From: Granulosicoccaceae bacterium
GTDB taxonomy: Bacteria; Pseudomonadota; Gammaproteobacteria; AKS1
Reading direction: 5' to 3'
DNA: 37,822 nucleotides
Assembly (NCBI GenBank): GCA_050117725.1
Contig: JASFME010000001.1
Coordinates: 1 to 37,822 of the forward strand
Shown here: in pieces, positions 9,875 to 17,038 of the stretch
How positions within the stretch are numbered: the stretch's first letter is position 1
Layout: the number at the start of each line of letters is the position of its first letter
Translations under genes and position numbers: made by a program
The notes under the pieces: model-generated
Told to the model about the DNA's origin: nothing
Seen by the model: the letters and a program-made list of their open reading frames with translations, nothing else
Databases searched by the model: none

Positions 9875-11439
9875 GATTGATGCTCCACAAGCCATGCCTT
9901 AATCACCGCGGCATCACTGAACGGCAGGCGCTGCTCGCCAATGATCTGGTAATCCTCGTGGCCCTTGCCGGCCACAAGGACGATGTCCTGTGCCGTGGCC
10001 GATGCCAGGGCATCGCAGATCGCCTTGCCGCGGTCGTGTTCAATATGGACCTGGCCGGGGTGCTGCATACCCTCGCAAATATCGCTGATGATCGCGGCAG
10101 GCTGTTCGCTGCGCGGATTGTCATCGGTCAGGATCACCCTGTCGGCCAGCTGTTCGGCCTCGGCGCCCATGAGCGGACGTTTGCCGCGATCACGGTCGCC
10201 GCCGCAACCGAACACGCAGATCAGTTTGCCGGGAGTATGTTCGCGCAATGCGGATAGCACTGCGCGCAACGCATCCGGGGTATGCGCATAATCAATGACC
10301 ACACGCGGCTGTCCTGTCTCCCCGTCCAGGGCCTGCATCCGGCCAGGCACGGTATGCACCCCGGCCAGCATCGCGGTCGCATCCCGCACCGGGTAGCCGC
10401 GTAACAACAGTACCGACAATGCGGCCAGCAGGTTGCTGGCATTGAAACGGCCAAGCAGTGCACTGTGCAGTTCAGCCTCGCCCCACGGCGTCGTCACCTG
10501 CATCTGCATGCCCGTCGCTTCAAGCTGCAAGTGCCGGGCAGTCACACAACCGAGCAACAACGGGTGACGCAGTTGCGATTCAAATTTATCGAGCGTGTCA
10601 CTCAGGCCGTAACACAGCACCTGCACGGTACCCGGCACTTCCTGCAACAACTGGCGACCATACTCGTCATCAATATTGATCACGGCATAGTCGAGGCCCG
10701 GCACATCAAACAACATGCGTTTGGCCTGTGCATAGCCTTCCATGCTTTCGTGGTAGTCGAGGTGATCGCGACTCAGGTTGGTAAACACGGCGACGTTGAA
10801 GTCGACGCCGTTCGCCCGGCCCTGCACAAGACCATGCGAGGAAACTTCCATGACCACGTTCTTGATCCCCTGCTCGCACAAATCCGCAAGTTGATGCTGC
10901 AGGCTGATCGCATCGGGTGTGGTGGTGGCACTGCTTTGTAACTGACCGTAGACACCGTTACCGAGGGTACCGAGCACACCGCACGGCGCCTGGCCTGACA
11001 GTGCCTCGGCAATAAACTGCGCGCAGGAGGTCTTGCCGTTCGTACCGGTGATTCCGATCACGAATTGTTGCGATGACGGCCGCGCATAAAAACGCGAGGC
11101 AATAATACCCAGTTTGCTGCGCAGCTCACTCACCGGGATGAGCAGCACGCCCGTGGTCTGCAGGGCCGTCAGGGCCTGCATGACAGCGGGATGTTCGGCA
11201 AGGCAATCGCCGTCTTCATAGGCGATCGCGATGGCCCCGGCATCAAGCGCGGCCTTTGCATACAACAGGCCATGTGTGTGGGTGCCGGCACAGGCACAGA
11301 ACAGGTCGCCCGGCCGCGTCCTGCGGTTATCAATCGCCAGGCCTTCGACCGGTATTTCCTGCGACGGCAAGTGCTCTGCCAGGCCTTCAAGCAGGTATTG
11401 CAGTGTATGCATACTGGACGGGATCGTGTTGGCCATCAT
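9871..11439 (-). CDS. murE: UDP-N-acetylmuramoyl-L-alanyl-D-glutamate--2,6-diaminopimelate ligase
   Basis: 522 aa with P-loop ITGTNGKTSC and a DNPR motif (TDDNPRSE) typical of meso-DAP-adding MurE. ATGA overlap with the ftsI stop. Confidence 0.94.
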   Translation of the reverse strand: MMANTIPSSMHTLQYLLEGLAEHLPSQEIPVEGLAIDNRRTRPGDLFCACAGTHTHGLLYAKAALDAGAIAIAYEDGDCLAEHPAVMQALTALQTTGVLLIPVSELRSKLGIIASRFYARPSSQQFVIGITGTNGKTSCAQFIAEALSGQAPCGVLGTLGNGVYGQLQSSATTTPDAISLQHQLADLCEQGIKNVVMEVSSHGLVQGRANGVDFNVAVFTNLSRDHLDYHESMEGYAQAKRMLFDVPGLDYAVINIDDEYGRQLLQEVPGTVQVLCYGLSDTLDKFESQLRHPLLLGCVTARHLQLEATGMQMQVTTPWGEAELHSALLGRFNASNLLAALSVLLLRGYPVRDATAMLAGVHTVPGRMQALDGETGQPRVVIDYAHTPDALRAVLSALREHTPGKLICVFGCGGDRDRGKRPLMGAEAEQLADRVILTDDNPRSEQPAAIISDICEGMQHPGQVHIEHDRGKAICDALASATAQDIVLVAGKGHEDYQIIGEQRLPFSDAAVIKAWLVEHQS

Positions 11440-13181
11440 AACCGACCTCCCGTCTCTGCCGGGCTACTATCTGCGGTGCCGGCCTGTGCGAAGCGCGCGT
11501 TTTGCGGCAAGGCATCCGGGGCGATATTCAACAAGCGCAGCGCACCGGCCATGACGTTGGCAAACACCGGGCCGGCCACCTGGCCGCCATAATATTCATC
11601 ACCACCGGGCTCGTTGATCATCACTACGCAGACCAGTTGCGGCTGACTGACCGGGGCCAGCCCGGCAAACACGGCAACGTACTTGTCATCGACATAACCG
11701 CCTATACCGGACTTGCGTACCGTGCCGGTCTTGCCGGCAATACGGTAACCACGCACCTGTGCGCGTGTACCGGTACCACCCGCCGCCACGACCGACTCGA
11801 GCATATGCAAGACATCATTCGCAGTACTGCGGCGCATAACCTCCACGGCCGGCGCAATCGCATCGGCATCATCAACACGTTGCAACGTGACCGGCTGCAG
11901 AGCGCCATCATTGGCAAACACGGTGTAGGCCTGCGCCAGTTGCAGGGGCGTAACAGACAGGCCATAACCGAATGCGAGCGTGGCGCGATCAATCTCGCGC
12001 CACTTGCGATAATCCGACAACATACCGCCTGTCTCGCCGGGAAAACCGCTGCTTGTGACTTCTCCAAAACCTACCCGTGAATACAGTTGCCAGAGTTGTT
12101 CGGGCGGCAACGACAACGCGATCTTGCTGGCACCGACATTGCTCGACTTGGTGATCACGGTTGCCACATCAATGCTGCCGTAGTTGTGGATGTCGCGCAC
12201 CGTGTTGCCGCCGACCTGGTAAAAACCCGGCGTGGTATCGATTATCGTATCCGGCTGATACAACCCCTGTTCAAGCGCGGCGGACACCGTGAACGGTTTC
12301 ATCGTCGAACCCGGTTCAAACACATCGGTCACGGCACGGTTGCGGTAACGTTCACCCTGTAAATGTTTACGATTGTTCGGGTTGAAGGCCGGCTGATTGA
12401 CCATCGCCAGCACTTCACCGGTTTTCGCATCGAGTAGCACGAGCGATCCCGAACGCGCCTTGTGTTTCTGCACGGCTGCTTTCAATTCGCTGTAGGCGAG
12501 GTACTGCAGGCGACGATCAATACTGAGCAGAAGGTCCCTGCCCGGTTCTGGCTGGCGAATGCTTTCCACATCAGCGATAACATGTCCCAGGCGATCCTTG
12601 AGTACGCGTTTGCTGCCGTCATGCCCGCGTAACCAGTCATCATAGGACAGTTCAATACCTTCCTGTCCGACATCATCGACATTCGTGAAGCCAACCACGT
12701 GACCGCTGACCTCACCGGTCGGATAATAACGGCGGTATTCACGTTGCAGGGCAATACCCGGGATCTTCAATGCCATGACATCACGCGCCAGATCCGGGTG
12801 CACACGGCGCTTCAGGTAGACAAACTCACGCCCCTTACGGGTCGCCAGCAGACTTTGCAGGCTGTCACTGTCCATGCCAAGCAGTTTCGCCAGGTGCAAC
12901 CGCTGTTTGCCTTCGAATTGCACATCACGGGGATTCATCCAGATCGAATCAACCGGTGTACTGATTGCCAGGGGTTCACCGTGGCGATCCAGAACCATGC
13001 CACGGTGCGCCGACATACTGACCACACGCAGGGCACGCGCATCGCCCTGCCCTTGCAGGAAGTCCTTGCGCAGCACCTGCAGGTCGACGAGCCGCCAGAT
13101 CAGGGCAATGGCGACAAGCAACAACAGGCCGAACACAAAGTGTCGGCGCAACGGGTAAAACTGTACGTTGTCATCACTCAT
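11436..13181 (-). CDS. ftsI: Peptidoglycan D,D-transpeptidase FtsI (PBP3)
   Basis: 581 aa with an N-terminal TM anchor and class B PBP motifs STMKP (SxxK), SSN and KTGT. 8-nt overlap with ftsL. Confidence 0.95.
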   Translation of the reverse strand: MSDDNVQFYPLRRHFVFGLLLLVAIALIWRLVDLQVLRKDFLQGQGDARALRVVSMSAHRGMVLDRHGEPLAISTPVDSIWMNPRDVQFEGKQRLHLAKLLGMDSDSLQSLLATRKGREFVYLKRRVHPDLARDVMALKIPGIALQREYRRYYPTGEVSGHVVGFTNVDDVGQEGIELSYDDWLRGHDGSKRVLKDRLGHVIADVESIRQPEPGRDLLLSIDRRLQYLAYSELKAAVQKHKARSGSLVLLDAKTGEVLAMVNQPAFNPNNRKHLQGERYRNRAVTDVFEPGSTMKPFTVSAALEQGLYQPDTIIDTTPGFYQVGGNTVRDIHNYGSIDVATVITKSSNVGASKIALSLPPEQLWQLYSRVGFGEVTSSGFPGETGGMLSDYRKWREIDRATLAFGYGLSVTPLQLAQAYTVFANDGALQPVTLQRVDDADAIAPAVEVMRRSTANDVLHMLESVVAAGGTGTRAQVRGYRIAGKTGTVRKSGIGGYVDDKYVAVFAGLAPVSQPQLVCVVMINEPGGDEYYGGQVAGPVFANVMAGALRLLNIAPDALPQNARFAQAGTADSSPAETGGRL

Positions 13182-13458
13182 TTGTCGTTGTCACGATCGT
13201 GATCGTGTCCATATCCGGAACAACCATGTTCAAACGTTCATTTGCAGTACCGGCAATCCTGCCATGGGTCGCCCAGGTACTCTGTTCGAGTTGCAGGCGC
13301 CCCCATTCAATGTTCATATCGTCACGCTCCGCCTCGAGCGCCTGCAGATCGACAAACAGGCGCCTGCTCTCATGCTTGCTGTAGACAACGGCAAGTGCCG
13401 ATGCCAACACCGCTGCAGCGAGCACGAACGGTGCGATCCAGATGCGCATGCTCAACAC
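13174..13458 (-). CDS. ftsL: Cell division protein FtsL
   Basis: ~91-94 aa bitopic protein with a TM helix ([19 protein letters not shown]) followed by a coiled coil ([22 protein letters not shown]). The start is either GTG 13458 (overlapping the rsmH stop) or ATG 13449. Confidence 0.88.
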   Translation of the reverse strand: MLSMRIWIAPFVLAAAVLASALAVVYSKHESRRLFVDLQALEAERDDMNIEWGRLQLEQSTWATHGRIAGTANERLNMVVPDMDTITIVTTTNE

Positions 13459-14399
13459 CGCTCCGCGACGCGCAACACGGCACTGCGTGCCCGAGGATTG
13501 ACCGCCAGCTCGGCATCGCTGGCATACACGGGCTTGCCGATCACCTGCATACGGATATTGCGCTGAGCATCGGTCACGGGCAGATCGCGTGGCAGGTCAT
13601 CACCACGTGCCTGGTCACGCATAAATCGTTTCACCACCCGATCTTCGAGTGAATGGAAACTGATCACGACGAGACGCCCGCCACTGGTCAGCATATCCAC
13701 GGAGTCTTGCAATACCTCTTTGATTTCTTCCAGCTCACGGTTGATAAAAATCCGGATCGCCTGGAAGGTACGCGTAGCAGGATGCTTGTGTTTTTCATGC
13801 GATGGGTTGGCGCGGGCGACAACCGCGGCAAGTTCGGCCGTGGTTGTGATCGGTTGTTCCTTGCAGGCCGCGACGATTGCACGCGCAATGCGCTTCGCAT
13901 AACGCTCCTCGCCGTAATCACGCAACACCGTCGCGATATCGCGTTCACTGGCGCTGCCCAGCCACTGCGCGGCCGTCATGCCCCGCGTGTTATCCATGCG
14001 CATATCGAGCGGGCCATCGTGCTGGAAACTGAAACCACGGGATGGGTCGTCAAGTTGCGGAGAGGAGACCCCGAGGTCGAGCAATATGCCATCGACCTTG
14101 CCGGTCCATCCCAGATTTTCGACCTGTGCTTGCATTGTCGTAAACGAACCCTGCTTGATCGTGAAACGACTGTCTTCTTCCGCCAGTTGCTGCGCGACCT
14201 GGATCGCATGCGGGTCGCGATCCAGGGCCAGCAACCGGCCGTTTTCATCCAGGCGTTGCAATATGGCGCGCGCATGTCCGCCCCGCCCAAAGGTGCCATC
14301 GACATACAGGCCGTCGGGACGAAGCGAGAGAGCCGCCAGCGCCTCATCCAGCAACACTGGACGATGCGTATAGGTCATGCCTGTCTGACCCGTTGTCAT
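13452..14399 (-). CDS. rsmH: 16S rRNA (cytosine1402-N4)-methyltransferase RsmH (MraW)
   Basis: Motifs [20 protein letters not shown] and [10 protein letters not shown]. The start is placed at ATG 14399 ([15 protein letters not shown]), with ATG 14378 as an alternative. The track ORF up to 14567 would overlap mraZ and is not RsmH-like. Confidence 0.9.
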   Translation of the reverse strand: MTTGQTGMTYTHRPVLLDEALAALSLRPDGLYVDGTFGRGGHARAILQRLDENGRLLALDRDPHAIQVAQQLAEEDSRFTIKQGSFTTMQAQVENLGWTGKVDGILLDLGVSSPQLDDPSRGFSFQHDGPLDMRMDNTRGMTAAQWLGSASERDIATVLRDYGEERYAKRIARAIVAACKEQPITTTAELAAVVARANPSHEKHKHPATRTFQAIRIFINRELEEIKEVLQDSVDMLTSGGRLVVISFHSLEDRVVKRFMRDQARGDDLPRDLPVTDAQRNIRMQVIGKPVYASDAELAVNPRARSAVLRVAERC

Positions 14400-14439
14400 C
14401 GAACCGGCCTGAGCTCCTCCGCGCATGGTGATAACCGGC

Positions 14440-14895
14440 TTACAGCGACAGCGACTCGAACTCGGCCGGCAGGTCGAGTTCGTCACCTTCATCTTCCGCA
14501 AGCCAGGCCTCACGCCGCTCGTTCCACAACTTCTCGTCCCACAATTCGAATTTGTTGCCCTGGCCAATCAACACGGCATTGCGTTCCAGGTTGGCAAATT
14601 CACGAAGCGGTGGCGGCAACAATACGCGACCACTTCCATCAAGCTGGCACTCGGTGGCATGACCAATCAACAGGCGCTGCAGACGACGGGCCTGTTTGTT
14701 CAGACTGGGCAAGCGCACGAGTTTGCGTTCTATTTCTTCCCATTCAGGCAGGGGGTAAATGAGCAGGCAATGATCGCGATCGACCGTTACGACGATCTGG
14801 CCGTCGCACCGTTCGTGCAATCGCTCGCGATAGCGCGTCGGTATGGCCATACGCCCTTTCGCATCAAGCGAGATGTTGTTCACGCCTCGAAACAC
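14440..14895 (-). CDS. mraZ: Transcriptional regulator MraZ
   Basis: 151 aa. Reads [22 protein letters not shown] plus a second SpoVT/AbrB-like half ([13 protein letters not shown]). GTG start with GGAGG 8 nt upstream. First gene of the dcw cluster. Confidence 0.95.
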   Translation of the reverse strand: MFRGVNNISLDAKGRMAIPTRYRERLHERCDGQIVVTVDRDHCLLIYPLPEWEEIERKLVRLPSLNKQARRLQRLLIGHATECQLDGSGRVLLPPPLREFANLERNAVLIGQGNKFELWDEKLWNERREAWLAEDEGDELDLPAEFESLSL

Positions 14896-14935
14896 TCTTT
14901 CCCCTCCAGCGGGTGAAAGGTCGATCCATTCTTAT

Positions 14936-14960
14936 CCACTTTTCACCACTTTTTGTCACT
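14936..14960 (-). promoter_or_regulatory. Candidate MraZ operator: three direct repeats at exact 10-bp spacing
   Basis: The minus strand reads tatAGTGAcaaAAAGTGGtgaAAAGTGGataag. The plus-strand copies are CCACT 14936-14940, CCACT 14946-14950 and TCACT 14956-14960. They lie between the -10 box and the mraZ RBS. Confidence 0.55.
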
Positions 14961-14986
14961 ATAGGTATGAGTCATGCCACTGTCAA
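14958..14986 (-). promoter_or_regulatory. dcw promoter (Pmra-like), sigma70 type
   Basis: The minus strand shows TTGACA (14986-14981), a 17-nt spacer, then TATAGT (14963-14958). The -10 hexamer starts 68 nt upstream of the mraZ GTG. Confidence 0.6.
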
Positions 14987-14988
14987 GC

Positions 14989-15016
14989 AGAATTCTCCCC
15001 GAAACCGGAGAATTCT
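14989..15016. repeat. Perfect 10-bp inverted repeat AGAATTCTCC-n8-GGAGAATTCT
   Basis: Arms at 14989-14998 and 15007-15016, with loop CCGAAACC. It ends 2 nt upstream of the -35 box of the dcw promoter. There is no U-tract on the minus strand. Confidence 0.6.
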
Positions 15017-15165
15017 TGTTGTTACGTCAAAGACTTAGCCGCGTTTGCGAAAGGACAAAAAAGGTGGTTTTGTGGAAAATCGTAAAATATTAATTACTTT
15101 AATATCATGTACTTGCTGAATTTAGTTAATACAGGACATTAAGAGTTTTGCGTAGTGGGTTGGAA

Positions 15166-15514
15166 AAAAGGAGTCGGCCGGTAAGCCGGGTTCTGTCGTG
15201 GACGATCATTCATCTGGGATGCGCGTCACCGCGCACCTCAAGCAACCTACCCGGGAACAGTGCGGGCCACACCATTGTTCCCCTATTTGGTCTTGCTCCG
15301 GGTGGGGTTTACCCTGCCACTGCTGTTACCAGCAGCGCGGTGCGCTCTTACCGCACCATTTCACCCTTACCGGCGGCCGAAGCCACGTAGGCGGTATATT
15401 TTCTGCGGCACTTTCCATCGGCTCACGCCGCCCAGGTATTACCTGGCACCCTGCCCTGCGGAGCCCGGACTTTCCTCCCTCCCTTGCGGAAGAGCGATCG
15501 TCTGGCCGACTCCA
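15166..15514 (-). ncRNA. rnpB: RNase P RNA, bacterial type A
   Basis: The reverse complement reads GGAGTCGGCCAGACG...GGGAGGAAAGTCCGGGCTCCGCAGGGCAGGGTGCCAGGTAA...GGTAAGGGTGAAATGGTGCGGTAAGAGCGCACC...GGTAAACCCCACCCGGAGCAAGACCAAATAGGGG...CCCGGGTAGGTTGCTTGAG...AGATGAATGATCGTCCACGACAGAACCCGGCTTACCGGCCGACTCC. This aligns block by block with E. coli M1 RNA. P1 pairs GGAGTCGGCC with GGCCGACTCC. The ends are good to about +/-5 nt. Confidence 0.95.
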
Positions 15515-15520
15515 GCAGCT

Positions 15521-15529
15521 ATTATAACA
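15521..15529 (-). promoter_or_regulatory. Extended -10 promoter of rnpB (TGTTATAAT)
   Basis: The minus strand reads cacTGtTATAATagctgctGGAGTCGG. The TATAAT ends 7 nt before the P1 5' strand. No good -35 box is present. It lies immediately downstream of, and abuts, the TGA stop (15535-15533) of the upstream CDS. Confidence 0.55.
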
Positions 15530-15532
15530 GTG

Positions 15533-16018
15533 TCAGGCCTGGCTGTGTTGTAAACCGTGGTAGGTGATTTTGCCGAGCAACTTGTTGATGGGGTTGTCGC
15601 GACTCAGGAAAGGCAATACCACCGCGCGGCGAATGCCGAGTTTGTGTCGCATGTGGATCAGATCCGGGTGGGTTGCATCAACGTCGAGGCCATGCCGAAT
15701 AGTACTGATAGCAGCTCGCCGGTTACCTCGGGCCAGTTCTGCCCGGGCGAGATTGAAAAACACATCACCGTCGAAACATTCGCTGCTGGCGGCCTGCCGG
15801 CACAGGTCGAACCCGTTCATATGGCCGCTGCGAGATAATAGCAGGCCGTGGTAGGAACGATACTTGTTCTTGTAGACATTATCGTGTGCAGTTTGTACAT
15901 CGGCGCGCGCAAAACAATCGAGTGCGCCTCGCTCGTCTCCCTCCTCCAGACACCGCATACCTTCGCGAAACTCGAGGCACATGGCCGCGTAGTCGCGGTA
16001 AGTATCCATGTTAACCAT
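15533..16018 (-). CDS. Hypothetical soluble alpha-helical (TPR-like?) protein, 161 aa
   Basis: ATG start with GGGGAAG ~8 nt upstream. Third-position G/C bias is host-like when read codon by codon. No signal peptide or TM segment. I recognise no family. The helical-repeat look (ALDCFARA..., FFNLARAELARGNRRAAISTIRHGL) is only suggestive. Confidence 0.55.
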   Translation of the reverse strand: MVNMDTYRDYAAMCLEFREGMRCLEEGDERGALDCFARADVQTAHDNVYKNKYRSYHGLLLSRSGHMNGFDLCRQAASSECFDGDVFFNLARAELARGNRRAAISTIRHGLDVDATHPDLIHMRHKLGIRRAVVLPFLSRDNPINKLLGKITYHGLQHSQA

Positions 16019-16129
16019 AACTGTGCTTCCCCGGACGTGACGTGGCGGTAGGCCGCCATTATTTTTCAGTGTTTGTAAGTGATTGATGAATATATAACAA
16101 ACACAGGTTTACCGGCAATCCTGCGGTGG

Positions 16130-17005
16130 TTATTTCTCGCCCTGTTGCCAGCCCAGGGCGCGCTGGTACAGTTCATTCTTGCGTTCGCCACGGATCGCCG
16201 CTGCCAGCCGGGCGGCCTGTTTCAGCGGTAATTCTTCAAGCAGGATGCGCAACACTCGGTCAGTCTCGTGGTGATCAACCGTCGCCTCCGGCGCGCCGTG
16301 CACGATGATCACAAATTCCCCGCGTCGCTGATCTTCGTCTGCCTGCAATTGCCCGGCGAGTGTGGCCAGATCGCCTGTCAGAAACGTTTCGAAGCGCTTG
16401 GTTAACTCACGCGCGAGGACGGCCTCGCGGCTATCACCGAATAGTTCGCGCAGGTCCGCGAGCGTATCCTCGATGCGGTGCGGCGCTTCATAAAACACGA
16501 GGGTGCGCGGTTCGGCCGCCAGTTGTTCGAGTTGCTTGCGCCGCGCCGCCCGTTTGCTCGGCAAGAAGCCCGCATAGACAAACCGGTCGGTGGGCAGGCC
16601 GCAGGCACTCAGCGCCGTGACCAGGGCGCTCGGACCGGGCACCGGCACGACCGGGATCCCGGCCTGGCGGGCCTCGCGCACCAGCACATAGCCCGGATCG
16701 CTGATAAGTGGTGTGCCGGCGTCCGAGATCAGCGCAATACTCTCGCCCTGCAAAAGGCGCGCGATCAGGCCGGCACTGGCCACCGGTTCATTGTGCTCGT
16801 GCAGGGCCAGCATCGGCGTGGCGATACCGAAATGATCCAGCAGGCGGCGGCTATGGCGTGTGTCCTCGGCCGCGATCCGATCGACCTCGCCCAGCACGCG
16901 CCGGGCACGCGGGGAAAGATCCTCGAGATTGCCGATCGGTGTAGCAACAATAAAAAGTGTGCCCGATTGCGTTGACACGGGTAGAGACCATCCAGATACT
17001 TGCAC
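16130..17005 (-). CDS. rsmI: 16S rRNA (cytidine1402-2'-O)-methyltransferase RsmI (YraL)
   Basis: Aligns along its whole length with E. coli RsmI (LFIVATPIGNLEDLS, AAEDTRH, SDAGTPLISDPG, ARELTK). GTG start at 17005, alternative GTG at 16975. Confidence 0.93.
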   Translation of the reverse strand: MQVSGWSLPVSTQSGTLFIVATPIGNLEDLSPRARRVLGEVDRIAAEDTRHSRRLLDHFGIATPMLALHEHNEPVASAGLIARLLQGESIALISDAGTPLISDPGYVLVREARQAGIPVVPVPGPSALVTALSACGLPTDRFVYAGFLPSKRAARRKQLEQLAAEPRTLVFYEAPHRIEDTLADLRELFGDSREAVLARELTKRFETFLTGDLATLAGQLQADEDQRRGEFVIIVHGAPEATVDHHETDRVLRILLEELPLKQAARLAAAIRGERKNELYQRALGWQQGEK

Positions 17006-17038
17006 AATGCGATCCGCACTGTATCACAATCCACATCC

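Noticed and set aside
13653-14762. 369-aa plus-strand ORF antisense to rsmH/mraZ. The same applies to similar long antisense ORFs: 1560-2306, 6214-6891, 7527-8381, 17852-18553, 18734-19405, 20013-20636, 20473-21387, 31743-32372, 34018-34896 and 36058-36882.
   Set aside because: Each one shadows a confidently identified conserved gene on the other strand and has a biased Arg/Ala/Gly/His composition with no motifs. These are typical high-G+C antisense artefacts.
15148-15553. Three overlapping plus-strand ORFs (80, 109 and 97 aa) in the mraZ-rsmI interval.
   Set aside because: They are translations of the complement of the RNase P RNA gene. The RNA identity is unambiguous from the conserved P4 and other blocks.
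16044-16066. GGCGG-tagg-CCGCC hairpin followed by ATTATTTTT on the plus strand, which looks like an intrinsic terminator.
   Set aside because: There is no plus-strand gene upstream for it to terminate. On the minus strand the U-run precedes the stem. It is more likely a 5'-UTR structure of the 161-aa gene or a coincidence.
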